51,073 bases of DNA from Candidatus Firestoneibacteriota bacterium. Its GTDB lineage: Bacteria > Oederibacteriota > D2-FULL-39-29 > JBDRBU01. Made by a program: the position numbers and the translations under genes. Position 1 is the stretch's first letter. Each line of letters begins with the position of its first letter. Location: positions 1 to 51,073 of the forward strand of contig JBDRBU010000050.1 in the NCBI GenBank assembly GCA_043822305.1. The letters are read 5' to 3'. Positions 18,595 through 26,481 of this stretch are shown piece by piece. Below the pieces are notes generated by a model, which worked only from the letters and a program-made list of their open reading frames with translations, was not told the origin of the DNA and did not search any database.

Positions 18595-20664
18595 CTATTT
18601 TGTCGCCGTCTTATTTTTTTCATAATAGGCCTTAATCCAGCTGGCTAAAGATGGATTATTTGAGTTTATACTTAGCGACTTCTGGTACGCTCTTACAGTT
18701 TCGACCATATTCCCTTTGGCATAATAACAATTACCTATAAATTGATAAACCTGCCATAACCCTGGATTTAAAGCAACACACTTATTAAACTCATTAATCG
18801 CCTCATCAAATCTTTTTCCCTTATAAGCCGTTACACCCAGATTGTAAAATTTAGCCATATCTTCCTTGGTTGGTTTTGTTTCCCCAGCCTTTTTAGAAAC
18901 AAATAAAGATTCTTTTTCTTCTTTCTTTTGTTCTGAAACCGAAGGCTCTTCTTTTTTCTTTTTTTCCATCTCTTTAAATATATTCACCATTGACAAAATT
19001 TTACCAGTGCTTTTACCTTCATAGTCACTAATACTTACTTTTCTTTCTGCCCTGTTTGCTTTTTCTCCGCCACTGGCTAAACTTTCACTACTTTGTTTTC
19101 TTTCATCCTGCATTTCGGATTCTAACCTTTGTATCTTTTCTATCTTTTCTACTTTCTTTCTCTTTTTCCCAATAGCAACTTTACCTTCCTTTTCCAATTT
19201 CTTAATTATATTTACTACTTTACTTCTTTCTTCATCTATCTGCATAGGTGTTAAGTATCCTATCAAATCCATCTCTTCTTGAAGTAATGTTGCTGACCCA
19301 CCAGATATATTTTTCTTTACTTTTTCTACAATTTCAGGAGGTGCTTTAGTTAACACTTTGGCTAAGGCATCTGTTTTAACTTCTCTTAATACAACTTGTA
19401 AGGCAGCATCTTCAAGATCAATAATATTTTCAAAAGCAAAAATTTCCCTTCTTACTTTTTCGGCTAAGGCCGGACTTTCTTTTTCCAATGATTCTAAAAT
19501 TTCATCTCTTGTTGGTTTATCTAACCTGTCTAATATTCCCATAAACCTTTCAAGACCACCGACTAAGAAATCTATCTTTCTTTTTATCTCTTCTTCTGCT
19601 TTTAATACACTTTCAGCACTTGCTTGTTTAACCTGAGACATAGCAATGGCTACTTTTGCTTGTAACTCAATAGGCAAGGCGGCCATTACTTCTACTGCTT
19701 CTTCTTGAGGTAAATATGTCATTATAAGAGATACTATTTCAGGTGGTTCCTCTTGAATTAAGTATATTAAATTCTGAATATTGCTTTTCTTTATAAAAGA
19801 AAATGGGGTAAGAACCCTTATCTCCCCACCTTTTTCTAAAGTTATTGTTGAACCACTAACTTCAGTAACTCTTGAACCACCTCCCTCAATAACCTGTGAA
19901 GACGCACCTGTGGCTGCATTACCCATTCCTAATGCCGCAGGATTAACTCTACCCTCACCGGCTGTTAAAGCACCACCTGCACCACCAATTTCAAAGTTAG
20001 CCTCTCTTCCTCTGCCTTCAGACATTGTTTTTGAAATATTTTTCATAAATAACCTTACTGGTCCAAATAAAAATACCATAGCCGCAATCACTATCATCAG
20101 AACAATTAAATATATTTTGTTTTTATCAAAAAAGTCCGAGTCAAGAGGATTAGCACTAAATTCCCTTCTTTTTATTTCTACTTTCTGTTGTGCTTTAGGT
20201 AAACCAATCACTTTTTCCACTATTTCCTTAATATCTTCATCTTTATCCTTAATAAACTTCTCTAATATAATAACAACATCTATTCTGGAAATTTTTGGTC
20301 TGACAACTGCTTCATAAACCTCAACATTCTTCTGTCTATCTTTTAATCCAGGTGGAATTGGAATACCAGGAGATAACCAGGTATTTAAGTCACCATCATC
20401 TTCGGTCTTAGTATATGTTTCTTTTTTCCTCTTCTCAACATCAGTAGTTACATCTACAGAAACATTTACAATTGACTTTCCCTGACCTAATGTTTTAGTT
20501 AAAATATCTTCAATGTTTTCTTTTAATTTCTTTTCATATTCAACCTTAAAATTTAAAATAGCAATATCAGAAATATCCGTACTTGTAGCCGGGGTTTGAG
20601 AAAACAAAAAATTACTCGACAAAAGACTAAGGGCGATTATTGCTTTAAAATATTTATATCTCAT
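18595..20664 (-). CDS. FliF-like ring domain / TM / FliG middle+C-terminal domain / TPR fusion protein
   Basis: N-terminal signal/TM; EYEKKLKENIEDILTKTLGQGKSIVNVSVD...ISRIDVVIIL (FliF C-terminal ring motif-like); TM IYLIVLMIVIAAMVFLFGP; PFSFI...GGLE...IFAFENI...LQVVLREV (FliG M and C); C-terminal TPR FYNLGVTAY...YQFIGNCYY. Confidence 0.8.
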   Translation of the reverse strand: MRYKYFKAIIALSLLSSNFLFSQTPATSTDISDIAILNFKVEYEKKLKENIEDILTKTLGQGKSIVNVSVDVTTDVEKRKKETYTKTEDDGDLNTWLSPGIPIPPGLKDRQKNVEVYEAVVRPKISRIDVVIILEKFIKDKDEDIKEIVEKVIGLPKAQQKVEIKRREFSANPLDSDFFDKNKIYLIVLMIVIAAMVFLFGPVRLFMKNISKTMSEGRGREANFEIGGAGGALTAGEGRVNPAALGMGNAATGASSQVIEGGGSRVTEVSGSTITLEKGGEIRVLTPFSFIKKSNIQNLIYLIQEEPPEIVSLIMTYLPQEEAVEVMAALPIELQAKVAIAMSQVKQASAESVLKAEEEIKRKIDFLVGGLERFMGILDRLDKPTRDEILESLEKESPALAEKVRREIFAFENIIDLEDAALQVVLREVKTDALAKVLTKAPPEIVEKVKKNISGGSATLLQEEMDLIGYLTPMQIDEERSKVVNIIKKLEKEGKVAIGKKRKKVEKIEKIQRLESEMQDERKQSSESLASGGEKANRAERKVSISDYEGKSTGKILSMVNIFKEMEKKKKEEPSVSEQKKEEKESLFVSKKAGETKPTKEDMAKFYNLGVTAYKGKRFDEAINEFNKCVALNPGLWQVYQFIGNCYYAKGNMVETVRAYQKSLSINSNNPSLASWIKAYYEKNKTATK

Positions 20665-20701
20665 TTACTGTCCTCACGCTAACTATTTACCTCCTGTCTT
20701 A

Positions 20702-21505
20702 TTACACGGCCATTTCTTTAATAATTGCTTCAACAACTTCTTTATTTATCGTGTCTACTTTTTTTGAAAATCCTGCCAATAAACACCAGTTACAGATATT
20801 GTTTATCTCTCTGGGAACACCTCTTGTATTCTCATATATGGCTCTAATGGCTAAATCTGTAAATAATGGGTCAACCCTGCCCGATATTTTTAATCTATAT
20901 AAAATATATTCTCCTGTTTCCTGGTCATTTAAAGCATCTAAATGATACTTCATGGCTAATCTTTGCTTTAGCTGCGGAATCCTATTTATCTTTTCTCTTA
21001 GTTCAGTCTGTCCAACAAGAAGAAGCGTTACTGAGAATTTATCAGCTGGTTGTAAATTCAAAAGTAATCTTAACTCTTCTAAAGTTTCATTCTCCTTTAT
21101 AAGTTGAGCATCGTCAACAATAACTACAGTATTCCTACCTATTTCTAAATTTCTCTTAAACACATCCCTTAAAATATTAAGTAAATCGCTTTTTTCGCTG
21201 GGTAATTTATCTACAACCGCTATCTGTCTAGCTATTTCTTTTAGCATCTCAACAGAATCAAGTTGTGGATTTGTTATAAAAACAAAATTATTTTGATTTT
21301 TATTTAACTGTGTAGATAAAATTCTTGTTAGTATTGTCTTACCACTCCCATAATCTCCTGTAAGCATTCCTACGCCTTGTCTTTCAGAAATAACATAAAG
21401 CATCCTCATCAATGCCTCTTCATGCATTGGAGATGAATAAAACATTTTAATATTCAATGTATTTTCAAACGGTTTTTCAGTAAACCCAAAATAATCCGTA
21501 TACAA
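20702..21505 (-). CDS. ExeA/GspA-family AAA+ ATPase
   Basis: MYTDYFGFTEKPF N-terminus (TTG at 21505 after AGGAG), Walker A GDYGSGKT, Walker B VVIVDDAQ, LLVGQTEL, GVPREINNIC. Confidence 0.88.
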   Translation of the reverse strand: MYTDYFGFTEKPFENTLNIKMFYSSPMHEEALMRMLYVISERQGVGMLTGDYGSGKTILTRILSTQLNKNQNNFVFITNPQLDSVEMLKEIARQIAVVDKLPSEKSDLLNILRDVFKRNLEIGRNTVVIVDDAQLIKENETLEELRLLLNLQPADKFSVTLLLVGQTELREKINRIPQLKQRLAMKYHLDALNDQETGEYILYRLKISGRVDPLFTDLAIRAIYENTRGVPREINNICNWCLLAGFSKKVDTINKEVVEAIIKEMAV

Positions 21506-21516
21506 ATATTTTCTCC

Positions 21517-21569
21517 TTGTAGTTACCCAATTCATTGGGCAAAAAACCTGATAAATCAGGTAACTACAA
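21517..21569. repeat. Inverted pair of GTAG REP palindromes (REP doublet)
   Basis: TTGTAGTTACCCAATTCATTGGGC-AAAAAA-CCTGATAAATCAGGTAACTACAA; outer 11-bp inverted repeat and two inner hairpins. Confidence 0.85.
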
Positions 21570-21573
21570 TTAA

Positions 21574-21602
21574 AGTATATACAAATAATTGTATTTTGTC
21601 AA
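21574..21602 (-). promoter_or_regulatory. sigma70 promoter of the ExeA-FliFG-coiled-coil operon
   Basis: TTGACA (21602-21597), 17 nt, TATACT (21579-21574). Confidence 0.7.
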
Positions 21603-21766
21603 GTGTTTTTTTTATTTTTTTTATTTTTTCAAGTATTAAAAACTATTGATACACAAGGAGAAGGACAAATTTACCTAAATTATTTTTATGTTTAGTTATA
21701 TAACTTCAATTCTATCAATAATATTTTTACATCTAATTAGATATCCGCAATTTTGCATTTTTTAAC

Positions 21767-21795
21767 TTGACTTTATTACCATTTATTATTAAAAT
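21767..21795 (+). promoter_or_regulatory. sigma70 promoter of the che operon (leaderless)
   Basis: TTGACT (21767-21772), 17 nt, TAAAAT (21790-21795), ATG 7 nt later, no SD. Confidence 0.6.
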
Positions 21796-21802
21796 ATACT
21801 TT

Positions 21803-22204
21803 ATGGAACAAAAAAATCAATTACCTTTGCTGTTATTTGAAATCGGGGATAAAAAATTTTTTGTTGAGATAAATAATGTAGAAGAAATTATTCCGTATCA
21901 GGAAATTACTCGCTTACCAAAAGGAGACCCAATAATAAAAGGTATAACTAATTTCCGTGGAGAAATTATTGGCGTTTATGACCTTAGTAAAATTTTACTT
22001 ATTCCTAAAAAAAATAATAGCAATTATCGGATAATTGTGGTAAAAGTTAATGGAGAGAGGTTCGGGATACTGGCTGAACGCGTATATGAAGTTGCTTATA
22101 TCTCCAGAGAAAAGATAAATTTCAAAGAGTTAGAATTTAAAAAAGGAACGGTGAACATAAATAACGAAGAAATTGATATAATCAATATTAATAAAATCAT
22201 ATAA
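21803..22204 (+). CDS. cheW: Chemotaxis coupling protein CheW
   Basis: VEEII, ITRLP, GITNFRGEIIGVYDL, FGILAERVYEV; ATG at 21803 preferred over the TTG at 21767. Confidence 0.88.
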   Translation: MEQKNQLPLLLFEIGDKKFFVEINNVEEIIPYQEITRLPKGDPIIKGITNFRGEIIGVYDLSKILLIPKKNNSNYRIIVVKVNGERFGILAERVYEVAYISREKINFKELEFKKGTVNINNEEIDIININKII

Positions 22205-22225
22205 AAAGTTGAAAAGGAGGACAAA

Positions 22226-22588
22226 ATGCTTAAAATAATGATAGTTGATGATTCTTCATTTATGAGAATGATGTTAAAAGATATTCTAAAAATCAAATAT
22301 GAAATTGTTGGTGAAGCAGATAATGGAGAAGATGCTGTCAGGGAATATAAAACACTAAAACCAGACTTAGTTACAATTGATATGATCATGCCCATGTTAA
22401 ATGGAATAGACGCTGTTAAACAAATAATAAAATTTGATCCTGAAGCAAAAATTATTATGGTTAGCGCTATGGGACAAGAACTCCTTGTAGAAGAATCAAT
22501 TCAAAGTGGAGCAAAAGCTTTTATTATAAAACCGTTCCAACCTGAAAAAGTCCTGGAAATTGTAGAAAATATCTTAAAAGGAAAATAA
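22226..22588 (+). CDS. cheY: Chemotaxis response regulator CheY
   Basis: IMIVDDSSFMR, PDLVTIDMIMP, VSAMGQ, KPFQ; all receiver catalytic residues present. Confidence 0.92.
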   Translation: MLKIMIVDDSSFMRMMLKDILKIKYEIVGEADNGEDAVREYKTLKPDLVTIDMIMPMLNGIDAVKQIIKFDPEAKIIMVSAMGQELLVEESIQSGAKAFIIKPFQPEKVLEIVENILKGK

Positions 22589-24127
22589 ATGGATGCTTCA
22601 TTATTGCCCTACAAAGAAATATTCATAAATGAAAGTAGAGAAATCATATCTAATTTAAATCAAACTTTGCTAAGATTAGAAAAGTCCCCTTCTAATTCAA
22701 ATCTGATTAATGATGTTTTTAGATGCTTACATAATATTAAAGGTATGTCGGCTACCATGGGTTTTGAAAAGATTACAAAACTATCTCACGAATTAGAGAA
22801 TATAATAGATTTGGTTCAAAAAGGTGAAAGAAATTTAACTTCTGAAATGATAAATACCCTGTTTAAAGGTATAGATTGGTTGGAAACTTTAATAAACGGC
22901 TTGGGGAAGCGTATTGAAAGTGATGAAAGACTAACAAAGACTGTAAAAGACAGGTTTGAATTAAGTACACCACTTGAAGAGATAACTAAACCTACCACTT
23001 TAAGAATTGATATAAAAATACTTGATGAGCTAATAAATCTTATTGGAGAACTCGTCATAAGCAAAAACAGATTACAAGAAGCAATATCATCTTTAAATGA
23101 TAATGAGTTAAATGATTTATCTTACAATGTGAATAAAATAATTTCAAATTTAGAAAATGCTGTATTAAAAACAAGAATAGTACCTACTGACTATATATTT
23201 AATAGATTTCCAAGAACGGTAAGAGACTTAGCCCGGGAGCAAAAGAAGGATATTAACTTTATAATAGATGGGAAAGATATAGGATTAGACAGAGGAATAC
23301 TTGATGAATTATATGAACCTTTAATTCACATCCTTAGAAATGCTGTTTATCATGGAATTGAAACTCCAGAAATAAGGGAAAAAGAAGGTAAAAATCCCCA
23401 GGGAAAAATAATGCTTACGGCCAGAAAAGAAGAAAATCATGTCATTATCGAAGTAGAAGATGATGGCCATGGAATTAATATAAATAAAGTAAAAGAAATA
23501 GCTATAAAAAAAGGCATTATAAAATCAAATGAGATCGGATTATTAAGCGAAAAAGAATGCTTTTACTTTTTAACTATTCCAGGATTTACAACAGTAACTT
23601 CCGCCAATCAAATATCTGGAAGGGGTATTGGCCTTGATGTTGCAAAAACTAAAATAGAATCATTAAATGGAACATTTCAAATAGAATCAACATTTAAAAA
23701 GGGTTCTAAATGGACAATAAAAGTTCCTCTAACATTAGCCATCATACAAGCTCTTATCGTAGATGTTTATGGAGAAACATATGCCTTGCCCTTTTCTATT
23801 GTAAAAAAAGTATACCCCGTACCCTCTTCTGGTGGTGCGCGGGTTGACCCTAAATGTGAGTTAATAAATCTAAAAAAGCTCCTTTGTATTGAAAATGGGA
23901 CAAAAGATGACTCAAAAGAAGTTATAGTCACAGAATACAAAGGTAAAGATATTGGTCTCGAAATTTCAAAAATAAAATCCCAGCATGAAATAGTTGTAAA
24001 ACCAATAAGTAAGTTGTTAAAACCATCAAAGATTTTCTCTGGGGCGACTATATTAGGAAATGGTGAGGTTGTTTTAATATTAGACATAAACAACATTATA
24101 ACGAAAGGAGGAGAACAGTGGCCATAA
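22589..24127 (+). CDS. cheA: Chemotaxis histidine kinase CheA (no P2 domain)
   Basis: Hpt FRCLHNIKGMS, dimerisation LINLIGELVI, HILRNAVYHGIE, DDGHGI, GRGIGLD, C-terminal CheW-like SGATILGNG. Confidence 0.93.
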   Translation: MDASLLPYKEIFINESREIISNLNQTLLRLEKSPSNSNLINDVFRCLHNIKGMSATMGFEKITKLSHELENIIDLVQKGERNLTSEMINTLFKGIDWLETLINGLGKRIESDERLTKTVKDRFELSTPLEEITKPTTLRIDIKILDELINLIGELVISKNRLQEAISSLNDNELNDLSYNVNKIISNLENAVLKTRIVPTDYIFNRFPRTVRDLAREQKKDINFIIDGKDIGLDRGILDELYEPLIHILRNAVYHGIETPEIREKEGKNPQGKIMLTARKEENHVIIEVEDDGHGININKVKEIAIKKGIIKSNEIGLLSEKECFYFLTIPGFTTVTSANQISGRGIGLDVAKTKIESLNGTFQIESTFKKGSKWTIKVPLTLAIIQALIVDVYGETYALPFSIVKKVYPVPSSGGARVDPKCELINLKKLLCIENGTKDDSKEVIVTEYKGKDIGLEISKIKSQHEIVVKPISKLLKPSKIFSGATILGNGEVVLILDINNIITKGGEQWP

Positions 24128-25767
24128 ATATTGGTAAAAAAATATTAACAATGATCTTGATAAGTATAGTTCTAACCGCTCTGACGATGTTCGGCTCTTT
24201 TTATTTTTATAACCAGTCAATATCTGACAATATCAAAATCATAAAAAATGCAAATTCTTCACTTGTAATTTTTAAAGATATTGAGTTAAAATTACAATTA
24301 TATAAAACACGCAAAGATATAAAACTAATAAATGCTTCTAAAATAAACATAGATAAGTTTATAGAAGATTTGTCTAATAGAAGCGATAAAATTCAACAAA
24401 GTAGAAATCCTGAACTTATGACAAACATTGAGGAAGTAATATTAAGGTCCAAGGAAATTCAAATGAATATAGATACTTTACAAAAAGGGGTTAATGAATT
24501 ATCTCTTACAAAATCTTTATCTGTCTTAGAAAGTATAGAACCAAAATTACATTCTTTAATCTTCTTCGAAGAAAAAAAATTTGATAAAGAAATTGTTATT
24601 ATCAGAATTTTTATACTTGGAGCAACAATTTTAATTGCATTAATTATACTAACTTTTTCCTTGCGGATCTCACAAAGTGTTGTGACTCCAATTCATAAAC
24701 TAATATCTGTAGCCATATCTTCTTCAAAAGGGGATTTAACTCAAAGCATAAAAGTTGGCTCAAAAGATGAAATGGGTGCCTTAGCCAATGCATTTAATAC
24801 ATTAGTAGAAAATCTAACCAAAATTTTAACCCAGTTAAAGAATACTTCTGAATTAATTTCAAAATATTCGGGAGAATTTGCTGCCTTATCCGAGAATTTA
24901 AATTCATCAGCAACAAACATTACAAATTCTGTATCTGGAATTGCCAGGGGTGCTTATATTCAAACAAAACAGATTGAAAAAACTTCACAAGTGATTGAAC
25001 AAATGTTAACATCTGTAGACAGAGTAGCCACCAGAACTCAAATACAGGATGAAAAAACCAACTTAGCCGCATCAATCTCAAAGAAAGGCAGCGATTTAAT
25101 AAGAGAAACGATAAACAAAATGAACCAGATTAATATTTCTGTAAATAACTCAGCCAATATAGCCAGAAAATTAAAAGAAAGATCTACCCATGTAGGTCAA
25201 ATTGTAGAAGTCATTACAAAGATTGCTGAGCAAACCAATTTACTGGCTATTAATACGGCCATAGAAGCAGCCCGAGCCGGTGAAGGTGCACAAGAATTTA
25301 GAGTCATAGCCGATGAAGTAAGAAAACTTGCTGAAGCAACCGGTAAAGCTACTGAACAAATCATAAAACTACTTAAAGAAATACAAAATGAAACTAATGA
25401 AGCCATCTCGGCCACAGAAGGTGGTTTAAAAGAAGTTCAAGCTGGTGTAGTTTACATAAATAAAACAGGAAGTGCTCTTGAAGAATTATCATCTGCCGTC
25501 TTAGACATAAGTAACTTATCCTCGGAGATTTCCAAAAACACCAAGGAACAATCAAGTAGTTGTGAATTGGTTAGAAAGGCAATTTCTGCTATTGCAAAAA
25601 TATCAGAAGAAAATGCAAAGTCAACTGATGATGTTTTAAATTTAGCCCAAAGTCAGGCAGATTTAACAAAGAAAATTTTTGGGTCATCTACAGAATTGAA
25701 AAAATTGTCTGTTGAATTAGTAGACATTGCCAAAAAATTTAAAGTTGCGAAGCAGGAAAACAAATGA
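24118..25767 (+). CDS. Methyl-accepting chemotaxis protein (TM-sensor-TM-HAMP-MA)
   Basis: Two TMs, HAMP GDLT...DEMGALANAFN, signalling domain IAEQTNLLAINTAIEAARAGE. Confidence 0.92.
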   Translation: MAINIGKKILTMILISIVLTALTMFGSFYFYNQSISDNIKIIKNANSSLVIFKDIELKLQLYKTRKDIKLINASKINIDKFIEDLSNRSDKIQQSRNPELMTNIEEVILRSKEIQMNIDTLQKGVNELSLTKSLSVLESIEPKLHSLIFFEEKKFDKEIVIIRIFILGATILIALIILTFSLRISQSVVTPIHKLISVAISSSKGDLTQSIKVGSKDEMGALANAFNTLVENLTKILTQLKNTSELISKYSGEFAALSENLNSSATNITNSVSGIARGAYIQTKQIEKTSQVIEQMLTSVDRVATRTQIQDEKTNLAASISKKGSDLIRETINKMNQINISVNNSANIARKLKERSTHVGQIVEVITKIAEQTNLLAINTAIEAARAGEGAQEFRVIADEVRKLAEATGKATEQIIKLLKEIQNETNEAISATEGGLKEVQAGVVYINKTGSALEELSSAVLDISNLSSEISKNTKEQSSSCELVRKAISAIAKISEENAKSTDDVLNLAQSQADLTKKIFGSSTELKKLSVELVDIAKKFKVAKQENK

Positions 25768-26405
25768 AAAAACATTTGGAACTAACTGAAATTCAAAGAG
25801 ATGCATTAAAAGAAATTGCAAGTATTGGCATAAGTCACTCGGCCACTGCCTTGTCAAAAATGATTAACAAGAAAGTAATGATTGATGTGCCGAAAGTAAA
25901 TATATTATCAATAAATAAATTAGCAGATGTACTCACCACTTCTAATGAACTAATTGTAGGAATATATTTTAAAGTATTAGGTAAAGTATCTGGCAAGGTT
26001 TTACTTTCGTTTAAAAAAGAAAGTGCTTTAGTCCTGGCAGATATTTTAATGAAAAAATCTGTTGGGGAAACAAAAATACTTGCTGAAATGGAACAATCTG
26101 CCTTAAAAGAATTAGGAGCAATATCAACTGCGGTTTGTTTAAATGCCTTAGCCGAATTTCTTGGAATGGTACTACTTCCATCTATTCCCCACTTTATGTA
26201 CGATTATTCAGATTCCATAGTAAAATCATTGTTTGATGAAGTAAAGTCAGACACAGAATATGTAGTTGTAGTTGATTCTGAATTCAAAGAATCTAACAAC
26301 AAAATTCTTGGAAGGTTTTTAATATTTCCAAACGAAGATGCCTTTGAATCAATCTGGCACGCCCTTAAAATAAACAGGGACAGACACCCTATTTTTTTAA
26401 TGTAG
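25764..26405 (+). CDS. cheC: CheC-like protein, both phosphatase motifs degenerate
   Basis: DALKEIASIG...ATALS, IDVP, SALKELGAI...LNAL, PSIP: CheC fold pattern. Confidence 0.82.
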   Translation: MKKHLELTEIQRDALKEIASIGISHSATALSKMINKKVMIDVPKVNILSINKLADVLTTSNELIVGIYFKVLGKVSGKVLLSFKKESALVLADILMKKSVGETKILAEMEQSALKELGAISTAVCLNALAEFLGMVLLPSIPHFMYDYSDSIVKSLFDEVKSDTEYVVVVDSEFKESNNKILGRFLIFPNEDAFESIWHALKINRDRHPIFLM

Positions 26406-26424
26406 TTGCCCAATTTATTGGGGC
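26372..26424 (+). repeat. Family B palindrome plus family A GTAG REP at the cheC 3' end
   Basis: AAACAGGGACAGACACCCTATTT (26372-26394) and GTAGTTGCCCAATTTATTGGGGC (26402-26424). Confidence 0.7.
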
Positions 26425-26481
26425 GCCATATACTCTATCAAACCACTCTTTATCAAGTAAAAAATTATTTGTGTTCATTTT

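Noticed and set aside
18595..20664. Plain fliG or fliF annotation as part of a flagellar operon
   Set aside because: Fusion architecture, missing FliG-N and FliF RBM1/2, altered functional residues and no neighbouring flagellar genes.
21506..21535. ATG at 21535 as ExeA start
   Set aside because: It lies inside the REP palindrome; the TTG at 21505 has an AGGAG RBS and gives the family-typical MYxxYFG start.
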